Below, piece by piece: positions 1 to 9,262 of a stretch of DNA of 64,000 bases. The stretch's first letter is position 1. Every line of letters begins with the position of its first letter. Under the pieces are notes generated by a model. That model was given only the letters and a program-made list of their open reading frames with translations. It made no database searches and was not told the origin of the DNA. Source of the stretch: an uncultured Collinsella sp. (GTDB lineage: Bacteria; Actinomycetota; Coriobacteriia; Coriobacteriales; Coriobacteriaceae); contig CATXXF010000005.1 of assembly GCA_958403395.1 (NCBI GenBank), forward strand, positions 2,764-66,763, given 5' to 3'. The position numbers and the translations under genes are program-made.

Positions 1-697
1 TGATGGTGGCACCACCGGGCGAGCATACGGCATCCTTCATCGCCGCAGGATGCTGGCCAGTTGCAAGCTGCAGCTTTGCCGTACCTAGCACCATCTGGCT
101 CACAATGCGATAGGCATCGGCACGTGGGATACCGTGCTTGACCGCCGCATCGCCCAGGGCCTCGATTGCCATGGCGACAAATGCCGGAGCGCAACCACCC
201 ACCGTGCCGCCCACAAACAGCAGGCTCGTATCGAGCTCGACCACCGCACCGAGTTTGCCAAGCAGATCAAGCACCACGGCGCTCTGCTCATCACTAAGCG
301 TGGAAGCCTTCTCGCAAGCGATGACGCCCTCGCCCACCGAAACCGGTGTGTTGGGCACCGTCGAGATATGCGCGACGCCCGGCAGGACCTGCTCCCACTT
401 GGCACTGTCCCAGGTCCAGGCAACCGACAGAACGACCTTTTTGGCAAGAGCATCCTTGAGCGGGGCGAATACCTTCTCGATCATGTACGGTTTGACCGCA
501 GCGACCACGATATCGGATGCGGAGACAACCTCGGCGGCATCGTGGCAGGCGACCATGCCGCGCGCCTCGCAGCGCTCAACCAGTGCGTCGTAGCGACCCG
601 CGCAGGCGCACATGTCGCTCGCAGCTACACCGGCAGCGATCCAGCCATCGGCCATAGCGCTCGCCATATTGCCAAAACCGACAAATCCAATCTTCAT
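1..697 (-). CDS. proC: Pyrroline-5-carboxylate reductase (3' end runs off the window)
   Basis: Absent from the ORF track. Manual translation from ATG at 697 gives MKIGFVGFGNMASAMADG...VVAAVKPY and, at the window edge, KDAVCSPGGATI (Rossmann GxGxM and the ProC SPGGxT signature). Confidence 0.93.
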   Translation of the reverse strand, partial: MKIGFVGFGNMASAMADGWIAAGVAASDMCACAGRYDALVERCEARGMVACHDAAEVVSASDIVVAAVKPYMIEKVFAPLKDALAKKVVLSVAWTWDSAKWEQVLPGVAHISTVPNTPVSVGEGVIACEKASTLSDEQSAVVLDLLGKLGAVVELDTSLLFVGGTVGGCAPAFVAMAIEALGDAAVKHGIPRADAYRIVSQMVLGTAKLQLATGQHPAAMKDAVCSPGGATI

Positions 698-770
698 ATC
701 TCATAGTCCTTTCAGACACATTCCTCAAAACGAAAGGTATTGTCCCACGCCATTGTTTCGTATTGCCGAC

Positions 771-1241
771 CTATTTGTGATACGGCTCGCCACGGCTGAT
801 CTTGCAGGCACGGTAAATCTGCTCTAGCAGCACCACACGCGCCAGGTTATGCGGCAAGGTAATGCGTCCAAAGCTGAGCATCTCGTCGGCGCGGGCGCGC
901 ACCTCATCACTCACGCCGTCCGAACCGCCGATTACAAAGGCAATGTCGCTGCTGCCTCGCAGCATAAGATCGTCGAGCCGCGCCGAGAGCTCCTCACTCG
1001 AACGCTCCTTGCCCTCGATAGCCAGCAGGATCACATGCGCCCGAGACGGCAATGCAGCAAGAATTGCCGCCCCCTCCTTGTCGCGCGCGGCATCCACGCC
1101 GCCCGCCTTAGCCGGGTCGATATCGGCCACCTCGCGGATATCCACCTTGGCATAGGCACCTAAGCGCTTGGTGTACTCAGCGCACGCGTCCTTCCAAAAG
1201 CGCTCCTTGAGCTTACCGACGCAAACGACGGTGTATTTCAC
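771..1241 (-). CDS. rlmH: 23S rRNA (pseudouridine-1915-N3)-methyltransferase
   Basis: 156 aa; VGKLKE, FVIGGSDG, TLPHNLARVVLLEQIYRA...GEPYHK motifs. Confidence 0.96.
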   Translation of the reverse strand: MKYTVVCVGKLKERFWKDACAEYTKRLGAYAKVDIREVADIDPAKAGGVDAARDKEGAAILAALPSRAHVILLAIEGKERSSEELSARLDDLMLRGSSDIAFVIGGSDGVSDEVRARADEMLSFGRITLPHNLARVVLLEQIYRACKISRGEPYHK

Positions 1242-1247
1242 GCGCGC

Positions 1248-2186
1248 CTACTCCTTCGAACCGTTTTGAACTTTGCCGGCGGTCAGCATCTGCTCGAACA
1301 TCGAGGCCGACTGCGAGAAATCGCTCGGCAGTACGACCGTCGAAGTTTTACCCGTGCGAGCGAACTCCGTCATCATCTCGGACCACTGCGTAAACATGAA
1401 CAGCTGGTTGGCCTCGTCGTTGCCGACGCCCGTCTCCTGGATGATCTCGAGTGAATCTTTGATGCCCAGCGCGATGGCCTTGCGCTGGTTGGCGATGCCC
1501 TCGCCCGCCTTTTCCATAGCCTCGGCCTCGGCGGTCGCCTCGGTGACGCGCTTGATACGGTCTGCCTCGGCGAGCTCCTGTGCCGCAGCGCGCTTGCGCT
1601 GGGCGGCGTTGATGTCGTTCATGGAGTTCTCGACCTCGGTCGGCAGTGCGATTTTGGTGATGAGCGTCGACACGAGGGTGAAGCCGTAGGCGGCCATCTG
1701 CTCGGAAACGGTAGCGTTGACATCCTTGGCGATGTCATCCTTCTTGGCAAAGACCTCATCGAGTGTGTAGACGGGGATCGAAGAGCGCAGGGCGTCGGTG
1801 ATGAAGTCACGCATCTGGTCGACGGGCTCCTGCAGCATGTAGTAGCTCTTGTAGATACCCGAATCTGCCGGGCCGGCGCCCATGTCATAGCTCACGTGGT
1901 ACTGAGCAGAGACCTCAAGGCCGATGGTCACGTTGTCCTGGGTCTTAACGTCGATGCCAAAACCGTTTTTCATGGTGCGCAGACTCACCGTGGCGGCCTT
2001 GCGGTCGATCACGGGCACCTTCATGTGGAAGCCCGCGTTGACGATGCGGTTAAACTTGCCCAGACGCTCGATGATCACGGCATGCTGTTGTTCAACGACA
2101 TAGCAGGCGTTGGGAAGCAGTAACAACAAAATGATGATGGGAATCAAAAGGCTGGTAAGGGCGGCGATGATACCGGACAACAGCAT
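1248..2186 (-). CDS. SPFH/Band 7 (stomatin/prohibitin-like) membrane protein
   Basis: N-terminal TM helix, IIERLGKF, VKTQDNV, AEA-rich coiled coil; ATG 2186 follows an AGGAG RBS. Confidence 0.9.
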   Translation of the reverse strand: MLLSGIIAALTSLLIPIIILLLLLPNACYVVEQQHAVIIERLGKFNRIVNAGFHMKVPVIDRKAATVSLRTMKNGFGIDVKTQDNVTIGLEVSAQYHVSYDMGAGPADSGIYKSYYMLQEPVDQMRDFITDALRSSIPVYTLDEVFAKKDDIAKDVNATVSEQMAAYGFTLVSTLITKIALPTEVENSMNDINAAQRKRAAAQELAEADRIKRVTEATAEAEAMEKAGEGIANQRKAIALGIKDSLEIIQETGVGNDEANQLFMFTQWSEMMTEFARTGKTSTVVLPSDFSQSASMFEQMLTAGKVQNGSKE

Positions 2187-2243
2187 GGTCTCTCCTCTGA
2201 TAGGCATACGTTGGCACTAGGATACCCGCACAAGGAGATCGTA

Positions 2244-2475
2244 CATAACAAAAAAGCTCCCATTGCTGGGAGCTCTTTCATTCAATGGTGCGGGCGAAAG
2301 GACGTCCGCGTATCCGCTTCGCGGATCCGCACCGGCTTCGGCCGCCTGCCGGCGTCCTCGCCAGCTCGCTAAAAACGCTCCGCGTTTTCTTTACGCTCGC
2401 TCCTTCGCAGGTTCAAGTCCCTGTGATGGGCCCATAACAAAAAAAGCTCCCATTGCGGGGAGCTCTTTCAATCAA
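2244..2475 (-). repeat. tRNA-Leu-linked 190-bp element (duplicated tRNA 3' end plus terminator)
   Basis: 2244-2303 is repeated at 2433-2493 and includes the last 18 nt of the tRNA and a hairpin-polyU terminator. Confidence 0.9.
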
Positions 2476-2562
2476 TGGTGCGGGCGAAAGGACTTGAACC
2501 TTCATGGGGTTGCCCCCATACGGACCTGAACCGTACGCGTCTGCCAATTCCGCCACGCCCGC
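2476..2562 (-). tRNA. tRNA-Leu(CAG)
   Basis: GCGGGCG...CGCCCGC-ACCA; anticodon arm TACGG-TTCAGGT-CCGTA; long variable arm; GGTTCAAGTCC T-arm. Confidence 0.97.
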
Positions 2563-2605
2563 GTGCAGGAATTAGAATAACGGAGCGCCACCACGAACGC
2601 AAGAA

Positions 2606-3523
2606 CTATTTTTGAAAAAGTTTGCAGGCATTTTCCCAAGCTGCTCGCGCGATTGCCTCAGCATCCTCGCCGGTACGATCGACACGGTCGTTAACCAGCG
2701 CGTTTGCCGTAATGGAGATCATTGCGGGCTCGCATTCAAGACCGCGGATGGGCTCCGGAGCCATATACGGGCAATCCGTCTCGAACAAAATGCGATCGAG
2801 CGGGGTCGCCGCAAATGCCTCGCGCACGTCGTCGTTGCGCTTAAAGGTGGCCGCACCACCATAGGCGATATAGCAGCCCAGCTCCACAAAGCGCTCCATC
2901 GTGGCGCGGTCCTCGCCAAAACAGTGCAGCACACAACCGGCCTGGGGCACGCCCACCTCACGAAGCACGTTGTACGCATCAACGTGCGAGGTGCGCTCCC
3001 CATCCGAGTCCTCGTGACGCAGGTGCAGCTCCACCGGCACATTGCGGCGCACGGCAAGCTCGAGCTGGCGCGCCATGCAGTCAATCTGCACGTTATGGGG
3101 TGCCGGCGCGATATCGTCGTCATAGTCCATGTGGTAGTCCAGGCCGATTTCGCCAATACCGGCGCACAAGGGATCATCGAGTGCGGCAACGACCTGTGCG
3201 TGAACGTCGTCGGTATAGTCCGGCGCGCCATACGGATGCACGCCGGCAAGATACTTGATCTGCGGGATATCCTGCATCGGCAGAATCTCGCGCGTCAGCC
3301 AGTCGCTATAGTCCGTCACGCTGCGTTTGTCAGCGATGGGGTCGAACATCGTCACCAACAGGTCGACGCCCGCCGCCTTGGCACGCACGAGCGTCTCGGG
3401 CACTTCTTTGCCCCAAAACGAAAGCAGATGCGCATGCGTGTCGGCAAGCGGTGCCAAGGGCACGGGACAAGTAACCGTCTTCTTTTTCTTGGTAAACGTC
3501 ACGCGTTCGGCATTAGGCATCAT
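2606..3523 (-). CDS. tatD: TatD family nuclease/hydrolase
   Basis: DTHAH, GVHP, GEIGLDY, LHCF, ETDCPY motifs. Confidence 0.92.
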   Translation of the reverse strand: MMPNAERVTFTKKKKTVTCPVPLAPLADTHAHLLSFWGKEVPETLVRAKAAGVDLLVTMFDPIADKRSVTDYSDWLTREILPMQDIPQIKYLAGVHPYGAPDYTDDVHAQVVAALDDPLCAGIGEIGLDYHMDYDDDIAPAPHNVQIDCMARQLELAVRRNVPVELHLRHEDSDGERTSHVDAYNVLREVGVPQAGCVLHCFGEDRATMERFVELGCYIAYGGAATFKRNDDVREAFAATPLDRILFETDCPYMAPEPIRGLECEPAMISITANALVNDRVDRTGEDAEAIARAAWENACKLFQK

Positions 3524-4373
3524 GGATTAGCTCCTGGGCCAGACGGACAAAGTCGGCAACATCGAGCGTCTCGGCGCGCGTGGTGGGTGCAATACCGCAA
3601 GCCTCAAAGGCAGCATCGAGCACGTCCTTGGCAAAGCCGTTGGCGCTCATGGAATTGCGGATGGTCTTGCGACGCTGAGCAAATGCAGCATCAATCACGC
3701 GGGCCACAAATTCGCGATCGAGCCCCTCGGGCACCACGCCGTCAACACGGTCGATACGCACGACGGCCGAGTCCACGTGCGGCGCCGGCATAAAGCAACG
3801 CGGCGGCACCTCAAAGCGACCCGTCACCTGCGCATACAGGCCGAGCTTTGCCGTATAGCCGCCATAGGTCTTGTTGCCCGGCACTGCGGCAATGCGATCG
3901 GCAACCTCCTTTTGCACCATGACGACGGCACGCTTGAGCGCGGGCATCGTCTGGAAGAACTGCAGGATGATCGTCGCCGCCACGTTATAGGGCAGGTTCG
4001 CGACAAACACCGTCGGCTCACCGCCCGCAGCCTGCTCAATCTGCTCCGGGCCCACCCTGAGCGCGTCGCCCATGATAAAGCGGAAGTTGGCATAGTCGGC
4101 GGCATGGGCGTCGAGCACCGGCTCGAGCTCGGGGTCGGCCTCGATCGACGTGACGCACGCCGCCTCCTGCAGCAGGGCCAACGTCAGCGTGCCGCAACCC
4201 GGGCCGACCTCGAGCACGCGCTCATCGCCCGTAAGCTGAGCGAGCTCACAGATACGTTCGATCACATGGTTGTCGATCAGGAAGTTTTGGCCCAGGCGAT
4301 GCTTGGTCGCAAGGCCAAACTCCTCTAGCAGCTCCCTAGTTGCCGTGGGGTTTGCCAAAGGCGAAGTTGTCAT
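3513..4373 (-). CDS. rsmA: 16S rRNA adenine dimethyltransferase KsgA/RsmA
   Basis: LGQNFL, EVGPGCG, ANLPY, QKEVADR, QRRKT motifs. Confidence 0.96.
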   Translation of the reverse strand: MTTSPLANPTATRELLEEFGLATKHRLGQNFLIDNHVIERICELAQLTGDERVLEVGPGCGTLTLALLQEAACVTSIEADPELEPVLDAHAADYANFRFIMGDALRVGPEQIEQAAGGEPTVFVANLPYNVAATIILQFFQTMPALKRAVVMVQKEVADRIAAVPGNKTYGGYTAKLGLYAQVTGRFEVPPRCFMPAPHVDSAVVRIDRVDGVVPEGLDREFVARVIDAAFAQRRKTIRNSMSANGFAKDVLDAAFEACGIAPTTRAETLDVADFVRLAQELIHDA

Positions 4374-4409
4374 GGTTGCCTCCTTAACATGGTGGCTGCA
4401 TCGTAAAGC

Positions 4410-4441
4410 AAAAGGGCATGGACCGTTGCGGCCATGCCCTT
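4410..4441 (-). terminator. Intrinsic terminator after metG
   Basis: AAGGGCATGG...CCATGCCCTTTT on the minus strand. Confidence 0.7.
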
Positions 4442-4480
4442 ACATCTAAACAGCAAATTGCCGATATGGCGCGCAGCGGC

Positions 4481-6082
4481 TTAGCCCAGACGCGGGAACA
4501 GCGGCTCGCCCTTCTCGACGGGCTGACCACCGGCAAGCAGGCCCCAAGCGCAAATGCCCTTGAGGTCGTCGCTCGCGGCCTCATCCTCGCAGGACAGGCG
4601 GCGCAGGGCCTCGGCAGAAGTCTGGGGCATGAGCGGCATCAGCAGGTGAGCGGCAATGCGGATGGCCTCGAGCAGGTTGTAGATCACAAACGCCAGCTCG
4701 TCAGCCTTGGCCTCGTCCTTGGCAAGCGCCCAAGGCTCGGAGTCCTCGATGTAGTGGTTGGCGGCATGGATGAGCTCCATGACCTCGTCCTTAGCTCCAC
4801 CGTAATCGAGCACGTCCATCTTGGCCATGTAGCGATCGACCAGGCCGTCGGCAATCTTTGCCAGCGGGTTGTCGAACGCATCGAACGACGCGGGCTTGGC
4901 GGGCGCGCAACCGTCGAAGTACTTGCCGCTCATGTTGAGCGAACGCGAGATAAGGTTGCCCCAGCTGTTGGCCAGGTCGGCGTTGTAGACCTGCTCCATG
5001 CGCTCGAAGCTGATGGCGCCGTCGGTGCCGGGCACCACGTCGGTCATAAAGTAATAGCGATAGCCCTCAACGCCCAGCATGTCGATAACATCCTGCGGAG
5101 CAATAGCGTTACCGCGGCTCTTGGACATCTTCTCGGCCTTACCGGTCTCGGCATTGCGCACGGTCAGGAAGCCGTGGGCAAAGACGTGCTCGGGCAGGGC
5201 CTCGCCAATGGCCATGAGCATGGCGGGCCAAATGACGCAGTGGAAGCGGATGATGTCCTTGCCCACGATGTGGAACTGCGCGGGCCAGCGATAGGCCAGC
5301 TCGGCACGGGCCTCGTCGGTGTCGACACCGTAGCCGACGGCCGTCATATAGTTGAGCAGCGCGTCGAACCACACGTAGGTCACATGGCCCTCGTCGAACG
5401 GGACCTTGATGCCCCAGTCAAAGCTCGTACGGCTCACGGAAAGGTCGTTGAGGCCGCCTTCGACAAAGCTGCGCACCTCGTTCATGCGGAACGCGGGCTC
5501 AACAAAATCGGGGTGCTCGTCATAGAGCTTGAGCAGCTTGTCCTGGAACGCAGAGAGCTTAAAGAAGTAGGACTCCTCCTGCACGCGCTCGAGCGGGCGG
5601 TGGCAATCGGGGCACAGGTGCTGGCCGACGCTGCCGTACTCTTCGTCGCCCTTCTGGACCTGCGTATCGGTAAAGTAGGTCTCGTCGGGCACGCAGTACC
5701 AGCCGTCGTAGCTGCCCTTATACAGGTAGCCGGACTCCTTCATGCGCTCCCACAGATACTGCACGGCGTGATGCTGGCGCGGCTCGGTGGTACGAATGAA
5801 GTCGTCGTTGGAGATCTCGAGCTTGCTCCAAAGCTCCTTGAAGTGCGGAGCCTGGCTGTCGGTCCACTCCTGCGGCGTCATGTTGTGCTTGGCTGCAGCC
5901 TCGGCGACCTTCTCGCCGTGCTCGTCCATGCCAGTCAGGAACTTGACGTTATAGCCGGCGGAGCGACGATAGCGAGCCTGGACGTCGGCGATGATGGTGG
6001 AATAAGCCGTGCCCAGGTGCGGATCGGCGTTGACGTAGTAGATGGGCGTCGTGATAAAGAACGAAGGCTTGCTTTGATCCAT
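4481..6082 (-). CDS. metG: Methionyl-tRNA synthetase (short form, no C-terminal tRNA-binding domain)
   Basis: TTPIYYVN, GMDEHG, YVWFDAL, GKDI, KMSKS. Confidence 0.96.
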   Translation of the reverse strand: MDQSKPSFFITTPIYYVNADPHLGTAYSTIIADVQARYRRSAGYNVKFLTGMDEHGEKVAEAAAKHNMTPQEWTDSQAPHFKELWSKLEISNDDFIRTTEPRQHHAVQYLWERMKESGYLYKGSYDGWYCVPDETYFTDTQVQKGDEEYGSVGQHLCPDCHRPLERVQEESYFFKLSAFQDKLLKLYDEHPDFVEPAFRMNEVRSFVEGGLNDLSVSRTSFDWGIKVPFDEGHVTYVWFDALLNYMTAVGYGVDTDEARAELAYRWPAQFHIVGKDIIRFHCVIWPAMLMAIGEALPEHVFAHGFLTVRNAETGKAEKMSKSRGNAIAPQDVIDMLGVEGYRYYFMTDVVPGTDGAISFERMEQVYNADLANSWGNLISRSLNMSGKYFDGCAPAKPASFDAFDNPLAKIADGLVDRYMAKMDVLDYGGAKDEVMELIHAANHYIEDSEPWALAKDEAKADELAFVIYNLLEAIRIAAHLLMPLMPQTSAEALRRLSCEDEAASDDLKGICAWGLLAGGQPVEKGEPLFPRLG

Positions 6083-6151
6083 GGGGTTTGTCCTCCAGAA
6101 AAACGTTGCATACAGGGGATGATTCTAGCGCAAGGGCTGGATATCCTCCAT

Positions 6152-7030
6152 CTATTGCATATCGAGCACCATGGCATAGACATCGCGCTTGCGGCGCGAG
6201 TACTTCTGCGACAGGCGCTTTGCCACCGCGGAGGCGGGCTCCCCCTCCTCGAGCGCGGTGCGAATGTCCTCGCGCAGGGCTTCGTCGGGGTCGGCCGCTG
6301 CGGCTCCAACCGACGCGATGCCGGCCTCCTCGTCCTCGCTCGGCGGCGCGATGACCAGCGCGATCTCGCCCTTTACCTCGCCACGGGCACGCAGCTCCTC
6401 GGTTATCTGGGCGGCGGATCCACGCAAGACTTCCTCGTGCAGTTTGGTGAGCTCGCGGCAGACGGCGACATCGCGCTGGGGGAAGACCTCGGCCACGGCC
6501 TCGAGCGTCGCGACGATGCGATGTGGAGACTCGTAGAAGATGAGCGCGCCGGGGACGACGGCAAGGCGCTGCAGTCGGCGCACGCGGTCGCCGTGCTTGC
6601 GACCCAAAAAGCCTTCGAAGAAGAAATGCTCGCAGGGAATACCGGACGATACGAGCGCCGTGACGCAAGCAGAGGGACCGGGAATAACCTCGACAGGCAC
6701 ATCCGCCTCGCGCGCCGCCTCAACCAAAGCCTGGCCGGGATCAGACACACTCGGCATACCGGCGTCCGAGGCAAAAGCGAGGGTCTCCCCCGCCAGCAGG
6801 CGGTCGACCAGGCCAGCTGCGCGACTTGCGATCACATTCTCGTCGCAACGAACGAGCGGCTTGGAGATGCCTAGGTGCATCAGCAACTTTGAGGTCACAC
6901 GCGTGTCCTCGCAGCAGATGGCATCGGCGGCGGCAAAGGCCTCGCCAACGCGCGGGGACAGGTCGCCCAGATTGCCGATGGGCGTACCGACCACATAAAG
7001 TTTGCCCGTACGGGCGCTGTTTTGCGTCAT
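6152..7030 (-). CDS. rsmI: 16S rRNA C1402 2'-O-methyltransferase
   Basis: GTPIGNLGD, CEDTR, SDAGMPSVSDPG, YESPHR, RELTKLHEE. Confidence 0.96.
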   Translation of the reverse strand: MTQNSARTGKLYVVGTPIGNLGDLSPRVGEAFAAADAICCEDTRVTSKLLMHLGISKPLVRCDENVIASRAAGLVDRLLAGETLAFASDAGMPSVSDPGQALVEAAREADVPVEVIPGPSACVTALVSSGIPCEHFFFEGFLGRKHGDRVRRLQRLAVVPGALIFYESPHRIVATLEAVAEVFPQRDVAVCRELTKLHEEVLRGSAAQITEELRARGEVKGEIALVIAPPSEDEEAGIASVGAAAADPDEALREDIRTALEEGEPASAVAKRLSQKYSRRKRDVYAMVLDMQ

Positions 7031-7036
7031 ATCAAC

Positions 7037-8098
7037 CTATTCAATCATGCCGCGCTCGAGCGTACCGAGTGCCGCGCGGGCGTCCCATGCTGCAATACGC
7101 TTCTCGGTCTTCCACGTTTGGAAGAACCAGCCAGCCGCCGGCGCAAACGAAGCCAGCTGGTTGGCGATAAACACGCGCTCGTAGGCATTGCGGCCCTCGG
7201 GCGTAACCGACGAGTTGGCAAAGATCGCCGCGCCCGACCATTCGCCCACCAAAACGGGGAACCCAGTTGCGACCGCCTCTTTGAGCTCACGCTTGTTGCG
7301 CGAAATCGCCGTCGTCAGACCACGCGGGCTCGTGATGTCGAGCGCATACTCGTCGCGGTAATGGTACAGGTGAAGGTCCATGTAGACGTTCTTGTACTTG
7401 GCACCGCGCATAAAGTGCTTCCACTCGCCAGGGTGTCCCGAAGAAGAAAAGACGACAATCTTGTCCTCGGGCATATACGAACGGACGAGCTCGTACGCGT
7501 CACGATAGAAGTTGCGCAGGTAGTGCGCCGGAATACCGTCCGTCATGGTAAAGAGGCTCTTGCGTACGCTCATCTGCGGCGTATCCAACAGCTCGATGCC
7601 CAGCAGGCTCCCGGCCTCACCATAGCGATCGGCCAGGCGCTCGAGCACATCGAGCGCAACGTGACGGCCGTTGGTAGACGAATGCCACTCGGCAACAGCC
7701 TCCGGCGTGGTGGGCGAATCGTTGGAATCACCCTGACCGCCGGGTACAGTCGCCAAATCGAGCAGTACGCGGATGTTGTACTTATCGGCCCACTCAATAG
7801 CACGGTCGATATAATCGACGACCGAGATGTAGGAAGCGTCGGACTCCTGCGAGCCAAAGGCATACCAGGGCACCGGCAGGCGCACGGCGTTGAGACCGAT
7901 CTGCGCCATACGGCGAAAATCGTCCTCACTCACAAACGTCTCGTAATGGCGACGCATGCGCTCGTTATAGGCAGCGGTGCCCATGGCCTCCTGCAGCTCG
8001 GCTGCATTGGATGCTCCGGTCGCTGCATAGAGCGACGGGGTCACCCAGGGCTCGGGAATAAACCAGCCAGAGAGATTAACGCCGAGAATCCTCTCCAT
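7037..8098 (-). CDS. Glycoside hydrolase family 5 (exo-beta-1,3-glucanase-like) with altered acid/base motif
   Basis: GVNLSGWFIPEPW, VRLPVPWY, DLHLY, VGEWS, GWFFQTWK; ATG 8098 follows AAGGGGG. Confidence 0.85.
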   Translation of the reverse strand: MERILGVNLSGWFIPEPWVTPSLYAATGASNAAELQEAMGTAAYNERMRRHYETFVSEDDFRRMAQIGLNAVRLPVPWYAFGSQESDASYISVVDYIDRAIEWADKYNIRVLLDLATVPGGQGDSNDSPTTPEAVAEWHSSTNGRHVALDVLERLADRYGEAGSLLGIELLDTPQMSVRKSLFTMTDGIPAHYLRNFYRDAYELVRSYMPEDKIVVFSSSGHPGEWKHFMRGAKYKNVYMDLHLYHYRDEYALDITSPRGLTTAISRNKRELKEAVATGFPVLVGEWSGAAIFANSSVTPEGRNAYERVFIANQLASFAPAAGWFFQTWKTEKRIAAWDARAALGTLERGMIE

Positions 8099-8290
8099 CA
8101 CGGCCCCCTTCGAATCGCGCAGGTCGAGCCTGCATCGTATTGCATAGGAAAAGTATCGTTTTGAGTATACCCGCGCGTGCGGACAGGCGACCGAACGGTC
8201 TACAAAGTGGCGCAAAAGTGGGAGGAATGTCCGGGCAGACGGGCCCGAGATGGCGCGCCGAAATGTACACGCGCGCCGGAAGTAGGCGAC

Positions 8291-8524
8291 CGGAAAGCGT
8301 GCCCCGTTTTTTCACAAGAGACTGGGGTGTATTTTCCGTTCAAAGCCTCAACCGGAAAGCGCATCCCGTTCTGAGCGCGGGATCTGGGACGCAGTTTCCG
8401 CCAAGGGCCGCAAAAGGAAAGCATGTCCCATTCTGACGCCGGATTCCGGTCCACACTTTCCCAAACAGGCTCAAAGCGGAAAGCGTATCCCGCTCTGAAG
8501 CCAAATTCCGGGATGCAGTTTCCG
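8291..8524. repeat. Tandem array of four 62-bp-period imperfect palindromes
   Basis: Units start at 8291, 8353, 8415 and 8477; each is 48 bp (C)GGAAA...TTTCC(G), separated by 14-bp linkers. Confidence 0.85.
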
Positions 8525-8537
8525 CAGGAGCCCTCGG

Positions 8538-8764
8538 TAAAAGAAAAGGACCCCTTTGCAGAGGTCCTAGTCAATTCAAGGTGGCGGGGAAGGAAATCGC
8601 GCCCTCGCTCCGCGCGTGCGGGCCGCTGCGGCGCTTCGCGCCTTGCGAGCTCCGCTGGCAAACGCTCACGCGTTTACTCAGCTCCGCGCCCTCACGGGGT
8701 TCGATTCCGTGTGGGGGCCACATAAAAGAAAAGGGCCCCTTTGCAGAGGTCCTTATCAAGTCAA
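8538..8764 (-). repeat. tRNA-Phe-linked 185-bp element (duplicated tRNA 3' end plus terminator)
   Basis: 8538-8599 is repeated at 8723-8784. Confidence 0.9.
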
Positions 8765-8839
<75 letters not shown>

Positions 8840-8974
8840 ATTTGAGGTGTGCCTTGTTTCAAGGCTTGATTAGTATAACCAAGGACGCGCTCCGGTCAAC
8901 CGAGAATTTTAAAAAAGTTTTTGAGCACGACATCGGCCACGATCTCGCTCCTATAGAACGGCACGTCAGAAGCA

Positions 8975-9262
8975 TCAACCGACCGCAAGAAGTTTTTCAC
9001 TCAGGGCCGCACGGGCAAACTCACTTGGCGTCATCCCCTCGGCAGCCGCCCGTCGACGAATAGCCTCCTTCATTCCCAGAGGAATCTTGACCGATAGCGT
9101 TGCCGTTCCCTCACCTGAGAGTGGAGGCCGTCCATGCACGATTCCGCCAACGGTGTGTTCGCCATCCGGAAACTCTCCGCGCTCGTACGACTCACACCAC
9201 GCGTCAATCATTTCATCCGTTACAACCTGACCACTAGCGGTCGTATATGTCTCGCCCATCAT
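8975..9262 (-). CDS. Putative antitoxin with C-terminal ribbon-helix-helix (CopG-like)
   Basis: 95 aa; acidic N-half, GRPPL, TLSVKIPLGMKEAIRRRAAAEGMTPSEFARAAL; ATGA overlap with the upstream gene. Confidence 0.75.
   Translation of the reverse strand: MMGETYTTASGQVVTDEMIDAWCESYERGEFPDGEHTVGGIVHGRPPLSGEGTATLSVKIPLGMKEAIRRRAAAEGMTPSEFARAALSEKLLAVG

Noticed and set aside
134..706. 190-aa plus-strand ORF in the track
   Set aside because: Antisense shadow of proC, which the track missed because it runs off the window.
4418..6874. Very long antisense ORFs (also 21117-23600, 30885-33305, 38314-40536, 48715-51561)
   Set aside because: Shadows of real genes, typical of high-GC codon bias; no recognisable motifs.
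8291..8524. CRISPR array
   Set aside because: Repeats are too degenerate, the variable parts are only 14-18 bp, and there are no cas genes in the window.
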